NCBI GenBank assembly: GCA_963741955.1 | Contig: CAVUKB010000004.1 | Span: forward strand, 448,001-512,000 | Direction of reading: 5' to 3' | Length of the DNA: 64,000 bases | DNA from: an uncultured Acidobacteriota bacterium | GTDB taxonomy: Bacteria; Acidobacteriota; Thermoanaerobaculia; Gp7-AA8 | In this document: positions 52,211 through 62,286 of the stretch, piece by piece | Position numbering within the stretch: the first letter of the stretch is position 1 | How the letters are laid out: each line of letters begins with the position of its first letter | The notes under the pieces: generated by a model | Told to the model about the DNA's origin: nothing | The model's database searches: none | What the model saw: the letters and a program-made list of their open reading frames with translations, nothing else | Made by a program: the position numbers and the translations under genes

Positions 52211-53973
52211 GCCGAAGCGAAATGGACCTGGAGAAGAAGCCTGCCGACGTGAGACCGGTCGCAGGAGAGGTAGAAGCGCAGCAGTTGTCGCTCTTTGCAC
52301 CCGAAGCGCTCGGTGAGATCCGCGAAGAGGAAGTGCGCTGGCGAAAGGCCACTCATGATCCTGTTGCGTCGAAGCGCGGCACGTGGAAGAAGGACTTCAC
52401 CACGGTCAGCGGAATGGACGTGAATCCGCTAGCCACTCCGCTGTCGATCGAGAAACTCGATTTCGACCGTGATCTCGCATTCCCGGGTGAGTTCCCGTAC
52501 ACCCGCGGAATTCATCCGATGGGGTATCGAGGGCGGCTGTGGACCATGCGGCAGTTTGCCGGCTTCGGTACCGCGGCTCAAACCAACGAGCGGTTCAAGT
52601 ATCTCCTCAGCCAGGGGCAGACCGGTCTTTCCGTCGCCTTCCACCTGCCGACCCTCTACGGCTACGACTCCGATCATCCGTTCAGCGCGGGAGAAGTCGG
52701 CAAGTGCGGCGTGGCGATCGATTCGCTCGCGGACATGGAAACGCTGTTCGAGGGGATCGATCTCGAGGAAGTGACGGTCTCCATGACCATCAACTCGACT
52801 TCTCCGATCGCGCTGGCGATGTACCTCGCGGTCGCGGAGAAGGAGGGGGCCGACTGGAAGAAGATCTCCGGCACGCTTCAGAACGACATTCTGAAAGAGT
52901 ACATCGCACAGAAGGAGTACATCTACCCGCCGCGTCCTTCCATGCGGCTGATCACCGACATCTTCAGGTTCTGCACCGAGCGCGTGCCGAAGTACAACAC
53001 CATCTCAATCTCCGGCTATCACATCCGCGAGGCAGGCTCGACCGCTCTGCAGGAACTCGCATTCACTCTTCGCGATGGAATGGAGTACGTCGAGTACGGC
53101 ACGCGCGCGGGTCTCGACATCGACGAGTTCGCGCCGCGTCTGTCCTTCTTCTTCAACTCCCACAACGACCTGTTCGAAGAAGTGGCGAAGTTCCGTGCGG
53201 CCCGCCGGGTGTGGGCGAAAGTGATGCGCGACCGCTACGGCGCGAAGGATCCCCGCTCCTGGATGCTCCGTTTCCACACCCAGACCGCGGGGTGCAGTCT
53301 CACTGCCCAGCAGCCCTACAACAACATCGTCCGGGTCACCGTTCAGGCCCTCGCCGCGGTTCTCGGCGGAACCCAGTCGCTCCACACGAATTCGCTCGAC
53401 GAGACGCTTGCGCTTCCGACGGAGAAGTCTGCCCGGATCGCTCTTCGAACCCAGCAGATCCTCGCGAACGAGTCGGGAGTGATCAACACCACCGATCCCC
53501 TTGGCGGCTCCTATTTCGTGGAAGAGCTCACCGACCGGATGGAGAAGGGTTGCTTCGAGTACATCGAGAAGATCGACCAGTACGGCGGCATGGTCGAAGC
53601 GATCGAAGCCGGCTTCCCGCAGAAGGAGATCTGGGATGCGTCTTACCAGTACCAGCGCTCCATCGAATCGAACGAGAAGCTGATCGTCGGCGTGAACGCG
53701 TTCCAGATGGAACAGGAAGAGCCGTACGACATCCTCTACATCGACGAGTCGGTCGGAGACGAGCAGATCCGGCTTCTCAGAGACCTCCGGCAGCGGCGTG
53801 ATTCGAAGAAAGTCGACGAGACCCTCTCCGCACTCCGTAAAGCCGCGTCGGAAGAGGCGACGAACACCATGCCCTTCATCATCGAGTGCGTGAAGGCCTA
53901 CGCTACGGTGGGGGAGATCTCGGATGTCTTCCGCGAGGTGTTCGGTACGTACGAGGAGCCGGCGCTTTTCTGA
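52207..53973 (+). CDS. icmA: B12-dependent acyl-CoA mutase large subunit, isobutyryl-CoA mutase-like
   Basis: [54 protein letters not shown]; no B12-binding domain. Confidence 0.8.
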   Translation: MSRSEMDLEKKPADVRPVAGEVEAQQLSLFAPEALGEIREEEVRWRKATHDPVASKRGTWKKDFTTVSGMDVNPLATPLSIEKLDFDRDLAFPGEFPYTRGIHPMGYRGRLWTMRQFAGFGTAAQTNERFKYLLSQGQTGLSVAFHLPTLYGYDSDHPFSAGEVGKCGVAIDSLADMETLFEGIDLEEVTVSMTINSTSPIALAMYLAVAEKEGADWKKISGTLQNDILKEYIAQKEYIYPPRPSMRLITDIFRFCTERVPKYNTISISGYHIREAGSTALQELAFTLRDGMEYVEYGTRAGLDIDEFAPRLSFFFNSHNDLFEEVAKFRAARRVWAKVMRDRYGAKDPRSWMLRFHTQTAGCSLTAQQPYNNIVRVTVQALAAVLGGTQSLHTNSLDETLALPTEKSARIALRTQQILANESGVINTTDPLGGSYFVEELTDRMEKGCFEYIEKIDQYGGMVEAIEAGFPQKEIWDASYQYQRSIESNEKLIVGVNAFQMEQEEPYDILYIDESVGDEQIRLLRDLRQRRDSKKVDETLSALRKAASEEATNTMPFIIECVKAYATVGEISDVFREVFGTYEEPALF

Positions 53974-53990
53974 AGTCGACCTGAGCCCCT

Positions 53991-54047
53991 CGGATTTGGA
54001 CCGCTGATCCGCTTTCGCCGTAGGACAGTTCCTACCGCGCAGACTCC
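53991..54047 (-). mobile_element. Family B MITE, half copy
   Basis: Reverse complement GGAGTCTGCGCGGTAGGAACTGTCCTACGGCGAAAGCGGATCAGCGGTCCAAATCCG matches the left arm of family B. Confidence 0.82.
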
Positions 54048-54077
54048 CCGGTCAACAATCTGCGACAACCTTTCCCG

Positions 54078-54101
54078 ACCGGCGCTACGAGCGCCGGTTT
54101 T
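54078..54101 (+). terminator. Probable intrinsic terminator after mutase operon
   Basis: ACCGGCGCT-ACG-AGCGCCGGT-TTT. Confidence 0.6.
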
Positions 54102-54237
54102 CGCTTATCCTTCCGTTACCGTCAAAACCGAGAGATTCGAAGCGGCGCCAGAATGGCTTCCGGTGCAGTGTCACCTCCCGCCGTTGCTGGTGCTCCAATC
54201 GTTGAATGAGGCAGGACTGAAAACGAGGAGGAGGAAA

Positions 54238-55317
54238 ATGCGCACTCGTACGGGAATCCTTGCACTGATTGCCACGCTCGCTTTGCCGTTGACACTATTC
54301 GCGAATGACGTATGGATCCCGGTCGCGGGGCGTATCCAGGGAGGCAATTTCTTCCGGAGCGACCTGACGGTGGTCAATCCGTCCGGGACGGCCGATGCGG
54401 CGGTGACGATCGCGTACCTTCCGGTCGACAACGTTCCGGCTCCTTCGCCGGTGACAGAGACGATTCCGAGACGTCAGATGAAGGTTTACACGGACGTCGT
54501 CGGCACGCTGTTCAACATCAACGGTCTCGGAGTGATCCACGTCTCGACGCCCGCCGGCGTCGACGTGATCGCGACCTCTCGCATCTTCACCGACACCACC
54601 TGTACGGATCCGGCAGTGCAGGGGGGAACCTACGGACAATTCGTCCCGGGGTTCACCACTTCACAGGCGCTGATGAAAGGGGTGATTCCGCAACTCGCCT
54701 ACAACGCCGACACCTCGTCCGGATTCCGTTCCAACGTCGGTTTCGCCAATCCGAACAACACCGACGCCGCGGTAGTCGTCACCCTGCACAAGGCCGACGG
54801 CTCGATTGTCGGAAAGCAGAACACGATCAACCTGAAGCCGCACGGCGGACTCTCTCCGACCAGTCTCCCGAACCTGGTCACCGAACCCGGGCTCGACCTG
54901 GCGAGCGGATTCGTGACCTTCTCCGCCGCGCTTCCGATCATCGGCTACGGTTCGGTGGTCGACAACCGGTCGGCCGATCAGATCTTCGTCGCGGCGGTTG
55001 CGGACACGGGCACCGATCCGGTGCAGCCGCAACCGCAGACGGTGACCGTCAACGTCGGACCGGGCCTGTCGTTCAGCCCCGAGGAAGTGACGATCAAGCC
55101 CGGCGACACGGTGCGCTGGGTGCTCCAGGGGGGCATCCACACTACGACCAGTGACAGTCCAACCGGTCCGGAGTCGTGGAACTCCGGGACGATGCAGAAC
55201 AGCGGGCAGGCGTTCAGCCACACGTTCCACACGGTGGGTGATTATCCGTATTACTGCAAGATTCACAGCTCTCCCGGCGGAACGGCGATGAATGGCGTCG
55301 TCCACGTCGTACAGTGA
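54238..55317 (+). CDS. Secreted protein: uncharacterised N-terminal domain + plastocyanin/cupredoxin domain
   Basis: SD GGAGGAGG; signal peptide; FSPEEVTIKPGDTVRW...HTTT...YYCKIH...MNGVV (type 1 Cu ligands H, C, H, M). Confidence 0.87.
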   Translation: MRTRTGILALIATLALPLTLFANDVWIPVAGRIQGGNFFRSDLTVVNPSGTADAAVTIAYLPVDNVPAPSPVTETIPRRQMKVYTDVVGTLFNINGLGVIHVSTPAGVDVIATSRIFTDTTCTDPAVQGGTYGQFVPGFTTSQALMKGVIPQLAYNADTSSGFRSNVGFANPNNTDAAVVVTLHKADGSIVGKQNTINLKPHGGLSPTSLPNLVTEPGLDLASGFVTFSAALPIIGYGSVVDNRSADQIFVAAVADTGTDPVQPQPQTVTVNVGPGLSFSPEEVTIKPGDTVRWVLQGGIHTTTSDSPTGPESWNSGTMQNSGQAFSHTFHTVGDYPYYCKIHSSPGGTAMNGVVHVVQ

Positions 55318-55481
55318 GCGTATCTCGATGAGGAACGCGGAATCGTGCTCGATCGCATGGTCGAGCACGATTCCTGCAGGCTCCCCTCGCATCCGGAGAC
55401 GAGACCGATTTCGCTGTCACTCGCTCTCCGTATCTGTTAGTATTTACGAAGGCTACGACGACTAGTGTGCGTGTTGGGGGT

Positions 55482-57995
55482 GTGGAGCTGCGTCAATTTC
55501 TGAAGAGCCGGCGCGGCGGAGAGCTGATCGGAATCGTGATCTCCGCCATCGGGGTGGTCGTCGCGGCGTCCCTCGTCACGTACCACCCCACGGATTCGTC
55601 CGCCTTCTTCACCTCCTCCACGGTCGAGATCCGCAACGCCATCGGTTATTACGGTGCGACGCTCGCGTGGATTCTCGTCAGTTTCTTCGGATTTGCGAGC
55701 CTTCTGTTCCCGCTCACACTGCTGGTGATCGGCTGGAACCGCTTCTGGGGCCGTGAGCTCGAATTCGTCCAGACGAAACTGATCGGATTCATCGTCCTCG
55801 CTCTCTCGGTGCCGCCTCTGTTCGATCTGCTGTTCGCGAAGATCTGGTTCCGTCGCGCCTTCATCCAGGCGGGCGGATATCTCGGAAGCGAGATCGACGG
55901 GGCGGTGCGAGCGAACTTCAACGGAATCGGAGCAGGGATCGTATTCGTGACTGCGCTCCTGGTCGGAGTCCTTCTCGCGACCCGGATCAGTCTCGGCTCG
56001 GTCTTTCTCCGGCTCAAAGAGCTGCTCATCGTAGCTGGACGCGCGCTGCACGTGCGATGGGTGCGGCTGGTCGAACGTCGCCGCAAGGAAAAGATGAAGA
56101 CCGATGTGATCCGAAAGCACCTCGACCGGGCCGTGGAGATCCACGCGACCCCGAATTCGGAACACGACGAGCGGGGAGTGGTGGTCCGCGAAGTTCGAGG
56201 AGAGGGTCGTTTTCAGATCCGCAAAGTCACCCGCGCGGATCTGCGGAAGGCGGCGGAAGAGATTGCCATTCACGGCAGCCGTGACCCGTGGGAGCGGTGG
56301 GCCGAACAGGAGAGTTTCGACGATCTTCTCCCGGAAAACGTCACCCCGATCCGAAGTCAGTCCGCGGAGGAGATGGAAGAAGAGCGCGAGATTCAGGAGC
56401 GTCCGTCACGACGGTCACGCACCATCCCGAAGCCGCAGGCTCGGCGGACGAAGGCTTCCAGCTCGTCTCTGCGCCGCACCGCACTCGCCCGCGGTTCGAA
56501 TCTTTCGCGTGAGCGGCTGCCGTACGTCGGACTCCTCACTCCCGGTCCTCAGAACGACGGAATCACGGAAGAGGTGCATCGGAAGTTTCTCGACGTCGGG
56601 AAGGTCATCGAAGAGCGCTGCCGCGAGTTTTCGGTGGAAGGAGAGGTGACCGCGTACCATCCCGGTCCGGTCGTCACCACGTTCGAGTTCAAGCCGTCGG
56701 CCGGCGTCAAGTACGCCAAAGTGGTGAACCTCGGCGACGATCTCGCGCTGGGCCTGAAGGCGGAGTCGATCCGTATCGAGCGGATCTCGGGATCGTCGAC
56801 GGTCGGAATCGAAGTTCCGAACCGGAAACGCGATCTGATCGCGCTCCACGACATCATCGACAGCGACGCTTTCGTACAGTCGCAATCTCTGATGACCGTC
56901 GCACTCGGAAAGGACATTCACGGCGATCCGTTCGTGACCGATCTCGCGAGGATGCCGCATCTGCTGGTCGCGGGCGCAACCGGCGCCGGAAAGTCGGTCG
57001 GCCTGAACTCGATGATCGTCTCGCTTCTCTACAAGGCGCTTCCGAGCCAGCTGCGGCTGCTGATGATCGATCCGAAGATGGTCGAGCTGAAGATGTACGA
57101 AGACATTCCGCATCTTCTGCATCCCATCGTCACTGATCCGAAGCTCGCTTCGAATGCGCTGATCTGGGCAGTGCAGGAGATGGAAGGTCGATACCGGCAG
57201 CTCGCGGAGTGCGGGGTCCGCAACATCGACCAGTACAACGCGCTGCTGCAGGACTCCGAGGCGTGGCAACGGGTGGTACGTCGCAACGGAGGCGACATTG
57301 AAGCGCCCGTTCCCGATCCGATGCAGTTCGTGGTCATCATCATCGACGAGTTCGCGGACCTGATGATGGTCGCCTCGAAAGACGTCGAGGACTCGGTGAC
57401 CCGACTCGCTCAGAAGGCGCGCGCGGTCGGAATCCACCTGATCGTGGCGACGCAGCGCCCGTCAGTGGATGTCATCACGGGAGTGATCAAAGCCAACTTC
57501 CCATCGCGCATCTCCTACCAGGTTGCTTCGAAGATCGACTCGCGGACCATTCTCGATACTCAGGGGGCCGAAAAGCTCCTCGGCAACGGCGACATGCTCT
57601 TCCTCCCTCCCGGGACCGCGAGAATCCGGCGAATCCACGGAGCGTACGTGTCGGAGAAGGAGATCGGCGAGATCGTCGACTTCGTGAAGAAGAACCAGGG
57701 CGAGCCGAAGTTCATGGAAGAGATCACCAGGCCGACCGAGGAGAAGGGCGGCGCGGACGGGATCGAATACCTCAGCGACCCGAAGTACGACGACGCGGTT
57801 CGAGTGGTCCTGACCACCGGACAGGCATCCGCTTCCTATCTTCAGCGCCGTCTCAAGCTCGGTTACTCGCGTGCAGCCCGGCTGATCGAGATCATGGAAG
57901 CGAACGGAATCGTCGGCCCCAGCCAGGGATCGAAGCCGCGCGAGATCCTCGTTCGTGCCGACGATTATCCGGGCATCATGGAGATGGGCTCCTAG
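55482..57995 (+). CDS. ftsK: DNA translocase FtsK
   Basis: N-terminal TM helices, GPVVTTFE, MPHLLVAGATGAGKS, IIDEFADLMM, ATQRPSVD, LQRRLKLGYSRAARL; start 55467 or 55482. Confidence 0.96.
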   Translation: MELRQFLKSRRGGELIGIVISAIGVVVAASLVTYHPTDSSAFFTSSTVEIRNAIGYYGATLAWILVSFFGFASLLFPLTLLVIGWNRFWGRELEFVQTKLIGFIVLALSVPPLFDLLFAKIWFRRAFIQAGGYLGSEIDGAVRANFNGIGAGIVFVTALLVGVLLATRISLGSVFLRLKELLIVAGRALHVRWVRLVERRRKEKMKTDVIRKHLDRAVEIHATPNSEHDERGVVVREVRGEGRFQIRKVTRADLRKAAEEIAIHGSRDPWERWAEQESFDDLLPENVTPIRSQSAEEMEEEREIQERPSRRSRTIPKPQARRTKASSSSLRRTALARGSNLSRERLPYVGLLTPGPQNDGITEEVHRKFLDVGKVIEERCREFSVEGEVTAYHPGPVVTTFEFKPSAGVKYAKVVNLGDDLALGLKAESIRIERISGSSTVGIEVPNRKRDLIALHDIIDSDAFVQSQSLMTVALGKDIHGDPFVTDLARMPHLLVAGATGAGKSVGLNSMIVSLLYKALPSQLRLLMIDPKMVELKMYEDIPHLLHPIVTDPKLASNALIWAVQEMEGRYRQLAECGVRNIDQYNALLQDSEAWQRVVRRNGGDIEAPVPDPMQFVVIIIDEFADLMMVASKDVEDSVTRLAQKARAVGIHLIVATQRPSVDVITGVIKANFPSRISYQVASKIDSRTILDTQGAEKLLGNGDMLFLPPGTARIRRIHGAYVSEKEIGEIVDFVKKNQGEPKFMEEITRPTEEKGGADGIEYLSDPKYDDAVRVVLTTGQASASYLQRRLKLGYSRAARLIEIMEANGIVGPSQGSKPREILVRADDYPGIMEMGS

Positions 57996-58231
57996 CCCCA
58001 ATGGCCCGAACTACTTAAGCAAAATCCGCGTCTCAGCCGGGAGTCGGCGCGAGCTTGATGGGCAGCCAAGGATCCCCTTTCCGAGGCTCCGAGGGGCGCC
58101 ACGGCTCCCGCCGTGGCCGCGCAGATCGCCTTCAGAACGCAACGAGACGACACCTGCGGCAGATGCGCAGTAACTCCGCGCATCGGCTCTGTGAACACCC
58201 ACAGCGCCCCTTAAGTTCGGGCCATTGCTCC
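57995..58231. mobile_element. Family A MITE-like element (single copy in window)
   Basis: 14-bp perfect subterminal IR CAATGGCCCGAACT / AGTTCGGGCCATTG; CTAG at both ends; central hairpin GCCACGGC-TCCC-GCCGTGGC. Confidence 0.7.
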
Positions 58232-58233
58232 TA

Positions 58234-58394
58234 GGAGTCTGCGCGATAGAAACTGTCCTGCTGCGAAAACGGATCAGCGGTCCAAATCCGTCCGGATTTT
58301 CGGCGAGTAGCCACCGCTACGCACCTCAAATCCGAACGAATTTGGCCTCGCTGCTCCGCTTTCTCGCTACGGACGTTTCTACCGCGCAGACTCC
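58234..58394 (+). mobile_element. Family B 161-bp MITE, copy 3
   Basis: Near-identical to 34110-34270; TA on the left, TG on the right. Confidence 0.88.
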
Positions 58395-58396
58395 TG

Positions 58397-58422
58397 GCCC
58401 GCATTTCTCACACCATCTCTGC
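58397..58422 (+). mobile_element. Family C MITE, terminal fragment
   Basis: GCCCGCATTTCTCACACCATCTCTGC matches 18705-18730. Confidence 0.75.
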
Positions 58423-58648
58423 GGGCAGGTTTGCAGCCCGGGCATCCCTCGCACTGCACCAGCGCGCCGCAGGAACCATCCGAGTTCGCCGACTTCTGCT
58501 CCCGGATGATCCGGAGGTATGCGTGAGGCGACGGCTCGTCTGACCCGTGGAGCTCCTGCTGCAATTTCGGCAGCGGAGCAGACGTTGCGGACGATCGGAG
58601 TTGCCGGATCGCTGCGGCTGCTTTACAATCCCCCGGTTTTCGCATCGC

Positions 58649-58725
58649 GCGCCCATAGCTCAGCTGGATAGAGCGTCGGCCTCCGGAGCCGAAGGTCAGA
58701 GGTTCGAATCCTCTTGGGCGCACCA
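58649..58725 (+). tRNA. tRNA-Arg(CCG)
   Basis: GCGCCCATAGCTCAGCTGGATAGAGCG-TCGGC-CTCCGGA-GCCGA-AGGTC-AGAGGTTCGAATCCTCT-TGGGCGC-ACCA. Confidence 0.97.
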
Positions 58726-58897
58726 CCTCTCTTTTTCTCTTGCGTTCTCTGCCGGCCGGAGGGAGCTTTCTGATTTTCGCTGCCTCTCGTCCCGTCGATT
58801 TCGCACGTTCTTCCGATTCTCTTGATCCGCCGTTTCCCATTTCTCCGCGGCTCGGTATAATGCCCCCGCCAACCGCCGATCGAGGTCGTTCGCCTGC

Positions 58898-59842
58898 ATG
58901 TACGGACCACTGAAAGTATTCACGGGAAGGGCCCATCCATCGCTCGCTCACGAGATCTGTAACATCCTCGGCATTGCGCCGGGGAGGGTTTCGCTCTACA
59001 ACTTCTCGGACGGCGAAAACTACGTTCAGATCGACGAGAACGTTCGCGGCGCGGACGTCTTCATCATTCAGCCGACCTGCCCTCCGGTGAACGACAACCT
59101 GCTCGAGCTGCTGATCATGCTCGATGCGTTCAAGCGGTCGTCGGCCAGCCGGATCACGGCGGTGATCCCGTACTACGGCTACGCACGGCAGGATCGGAAA
59201 GACAAACCTCGCGTTCCGATCACCTCGAAGCTGGCGGCGGATCTCCTGACTGCGGCCGGCGCGAACCGGATCCTCACCATGGACCTTCACGCGCCGCAGA
59301 TCCAGGGCTTCTTCGACATCCCGGTGGACCATCTCTTCGCGGCGCCGGTGCTCGTACGGCACCTGAAGACTCTCGAGCTCCCGGACCTGACCATCGTTTC
59401 TCCGGACGCCGGCGGAGTCGAGCGCGCCAGAGCGTACGCCAAGAGACTCGGGGCGTCCCTTGCGATCGTCGACAAGCGAAGAATCGCCAAGAACCAGACC
59501 GAGGTCATGAACATCATCGGTGAGGTCGAGGGACGGAACGTCTTCATCGTCGACGACATCATCGACACGGCAGGGACCCTGATCCACACCGTTCAGGCCC
59601 TGACCGAACAGGGAGCCAAATCCGTCTCCACGGCCTGCACCCACGCAGTCCTTTCGGGGCCGGCGATCCAGCGAATCCGCGACTCGGATCTCGAGCGCGT
59701 CACCGTGACCAACACCATCCCCACCTCGGAGAAGGAGTCACGCTGTCCGAGCATCACCTCGCTCTCGATCGCGGATCTTCTCTCCGAGGCGATCAAGCGG
59801 ATTCACAACGAGGATTCGGTCAGCTCCCTTTTCGAGATGTGA
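58898..59842 (+). CDS. prs: Ribose-phosphate pyrophosphokinase
   Basis: FSDGE, PYYGYARQDRK, MDLHAPQIQGFF, SPDAGG, VDDIIDTAGT; TATAAT at 58856. Confidence 0.97.
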   Translation: MYGPLKVFTGRAHPSLAHEICNILGIAPGRVSLYNFSDGENYVQIDENVRGADVFIIQPTCPPVNDNLLELLIMLDAFKRSSASRITAVIPYYGYARQDRKDKPRVPITSKLAADLLTAAGANRILTMDLHAPQIQGFFDIPVDHLFAAPVLVRHLKTLELPDLTIVSPDAGGVERARAYAKRLGASLAIVDKRRIAKNQTEVMNIIGEVEGRNVFIVDDIIDTAGTLIHTVQALTEQGAKSVSTACTHAVLSGPAIQRIRDSDLERVTVTNTIPTSEKESRCPSITSLSIADLLSEAIKRIHNEDSVSSLFEM

Positions 59843-59975
59843 GCCCCCCGGGCGTCGCTTCCGGTCGGATAGGAAAAGGACCGGATTCGGAGTAGAATCG
59901 GCGGCCCGCTGGAATATTCAGCGCCACAACCAGCTTTGAAATGCGTCGTTTGCACGATTTAAGGAGCTTTCTGAC

Positions 59976-60626
59976 ATGGCCGAGCTGCAATTGGAAGTTT
60001 CTCGCCGCGACCGCACCGGGAAAGAATACGCGAAGAAACTTCGGCGAAACGGAGTGATCCCGGCGGTCGTCTACGGTGGGCACCGCGAGCCGGTACCGAT
60101 CGAGGTCGACCGGAAACAGGTGACGGAGCTCGTCACCAAGAGTCAGCACGGACTCCGTTCGATCTTCCTGCTGAAGATGAAGGACAGTGACCAGCAGCGT
60201 CACGCGATGATCAAGGAGATCGACGTCGATCCGGTGAGCCGGACGATGCGGCACATCGACTTCGTCCGGGTGGTAATGGACGAAATCGTCCGGGTCACGA
60301 TTCCGATTCATCACGTCGGGACCGCGGTCGGGCTCAAGATGGGTGGCCTGCTCGATTTCCAGCTCCGCGAGCTCCACGTCGAGTGTCTGCCGGATGCGAT
60401 TCCGGACACGATCGACATCGACGTGACTGCACTGGAGGTCGGGCACTTCTACCGGATCTCGGATCTGAACCTCCCCGAAGGAGTGAAGGTCCTGGACGAT
60501 CCGGAGCGCGTGGTGGTGAGTGTGTCCATGCCGCGAGCCGAAGTCGTCGAGGAAGCGGCCGAAGAGGAGACCGAAGCCGCCGAACCGGAGCTCATCCGGA
60601 AGGCAAAGGACGAAGAAGAGGAGTGA
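59976..60626 (+). CDS. rplY: 50S ribosomal protein L25 / general stress protein Ctc
   Basis: GKEYAKKLRRNGVIPAVVYG, HIDF, acidic tail; follows prs. Confidence 0.95.
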   Translation: MAELQLEVSRRDRTGKEYAKKLRRNGVIPAVVYGGHREPVPIEVDRKQVTELVTKSQHGLRSIFLLKMKDSDQQRHAMIKEIDVDPVSRTMRHIDFVRVVMDEIVRVTIPIHHVGTAVGLKMGGLLDFQLRELHVECLPDAIPDTIDIDVTALEVGHFYRISDLNLPEGVKVLDDPERVVVSVSMPRAEVVEEAAEEETEAAEPELIRKAKDEEEE

Positions 60627-60648
60627 GCCACTCCACTCTCGATTTTCC

Positions 60649-60681
60649 ACGCCCCGCCACAGTGCGGGGCGTTTTCATTTT
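60649..60681 (+). terminator. Intrinsic terminator after rplY
   Basis: ACGCCCCGC-CACAGT-GCGGGGCGT-TTTCATTTT. Confidence 0.85.
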
Positions 60682-60764
60682 GAGCCGAGTGCCTCCCGCG
60701 GAGGGAAGAGAGCCGCGTTCCACCTCGTTGAGATAGCAGAGTCGATCGAGCAAAGAGGAGCTTC

Positions 60765-61364
60765 ATGAAACGCATCGTCACGATTCTCGCTACGCTCTCC
60801 CTTCCCTGGATCCTTGTGGCCGGTTGCGCTCGTCGGGAGACTCCCGTCCAGGCGCCGGCATCACCCACAGCGAATGCCGCTGCCGATGTGGCCCCCGAAG
60901 CTCCGTCGGTCACCGGCGCGCCGCAGGGTGTCACCGCCGCGACACTCTCCGATTGGCACGCCAACAAGCTCGACGGCGGAACTTTCCAGGTCGCCGACAT
61001 GAAGGGGCAAGTGGTCCTGCTCAACGTGTGGGCTACCTGGTGTCCTCCGTGCCGTCAGGAGGTTCCGGATCTGATTCGTCTTCAGAAGCAGTTCGGAGAG
61101 AAGGGTCTCAAGGTGGTCGGTGTCAGCGTCGACGACGGTAAGGACATGGAAGACGTGCGGAAGTTCGTGTCGAATTACGCGATCAACTATCCGGTGGTGC
61201 TCGACCCCACCTCCGAGATCGCGAACAAGCTGCAGTCGACAGTCATCCCCATCTCGGTTCTTCTGGACAAGGAGGGGAGGATGGTCTGGTACCAGCAGGG
61301 ATCGATCATTGCGGGAGACCCGCAACTTCTTTCCGCCATCGAGCGAACCCTGACCGCCAGCTGA
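60765..61364 (+). CDS. TlpA/ResA-family thiol-disulfide oxidoreductase lipoprotein
   Basis: Lipobox LVAGC; NVWATWCPPCRQEVP; VIPIS cis-Pro motif. Confidence 0.9.
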   Translation: MKRIVTILATLSLPWILVAGCARRETPVQAPASPTANAAADVAPEAPSVTGAPQGVTAATLSDWHANKLDGGTFQVADMKGQVVLLNVWATWCPPCRQEVPDLIRLQKQFGEKGLKVVGVSVDDGKDMEDVRKFVSNYAINYPVVLDPTSEIANKLQSTVIPISVLLDKEGRMVWYQQGSIIAGDPQLLSAIERTLTAS

Positions 61365-61580
61365 CCGGAGGGGCTCCGCGGCAGGTCATCGCGCTGTTGG
61401 GGCGCGAAGTTCGTAGGTCGCGAGTCGTGGGACTCCGCCACTCCTCTCCCTGCACCGCGAGTGGGGACATTTAATCCGCCGCGCGAGGATTGCGCCACGC
61501 GACCGCTCGGGGCCGGAGGCGGATGGCGCGGAGCGGGTCCGCGCCTCGCAGAAACTTCTTCGTGGGGGATCGTGCGAGCT

Positions 61581-61781
61581 TTACGCGCTCTTGCGCCGAT
61601 CCGGCGTCCGTCGCGGTCGACCCCGTCTTTCCTGACGTCTCTTCACCCACTGCCGGACGTTGGTGGCGACATTCCGGGCGATGGTGTCGACTGCCAGTCG
61701 CATCGGGACGTACGCGAGCATCAGGCCGACCACGATGGTGGCGGCCAGGAACGCGAGCGCGATGATCAGAGTCAGAGGCAT
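61581..61781 (-). CDS. Small single-TM protein with Arg-rich tail (66 aa)
   Basis: MPLTLIIALAFLAATIVVGLMLAYVPMRL...RRQERRGRPRRTPDRRKSA. Confidence 0.65.
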   Translation of the reverse strand: MPLTLIIALAFLAATIVVGLMLAYVPMRLAVDTIARNVATNVRQWVKRRQERRGRPRRTPDRRKSA

Positions 61782-61821
61782 GGTTTTTCCGTTTGGCCGG
61801 GTTCTCCCGGCGAGAGATACG

Positions 61822-61837
61822 TGCAAATCGGCGGCCG
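61822..61837 (-). promoter_or_regulatory. Putative sigma54 (-24/-12) promoter
   Basis: CGGCCGCCGATTTGCA: GG-N10-GC with TTGCA, about 40 nt upstream of ATG 61781. Confidence 0.5.
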
Positions 61838-61857
61838 GAATTCGGAGGGATCTGATC

Positions 61858-62262
61858 TCAGCCCGTCTTGCCGGGTCGCAGCCGGTGCTCTCGTTTGGCG
61901 AAGTCTCGCGCCGTCCGAAGCAGCACGCTCAGGTCGAATGGTTTCATCAGCACACGGCCGACGGTCCGGTCGAGCTTGTGGGACGGCATCGCGGTCATCA
62001 CGATGACATTCTCGAGATTTTCCGGGTCCTTCCGGCGCAGATGCTGGAGAACGCCATAGCCATCGATTCTCGGCATCATCAGATCGAGCAGAATCACGTC
62101 GAATTTGCTCTCGTCGATCCGTTCGATCGCCTCGAACCCGTTCTCTGCGGTCGTGACGTCGAAGTCGTTGCGCTCGAGCATCTTCGAGACCATCGCCCTG
62201 ATCGCTTCGTCGTCGTCGACGACGAGAACCTTCGCGTGGTGATTTTCAAACTGATGCTCCAT
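61858..62262 (-). CDS. Single-domain response regulator receiver
   Basis: VLVVDDD, LLDLMMP, MTA, KPF. Confidence 0.9.
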   Translation of the reverse strand: MEHQFENHHAKVLVVDDDEAIRAMVSKMLERNDFDVTTAENGFEAIERIDESKFDVILLDLMMPRIDGYGVLQHLRRKDPENLENVIVMTAMPSHKLDRTVGRVLMKPFDLSVLLRTARDFAKREHRLRPGKTG

Positions 62263-62286
62263 ACAGGAGTGCCCTGTCGGGGAAGA

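Noticed and set aside
58225-58509. Similar short ORFs at 58225-58509 and 34297-34728
   Set aside because: The similarity comes from the family B repeat; no evidence of coding function
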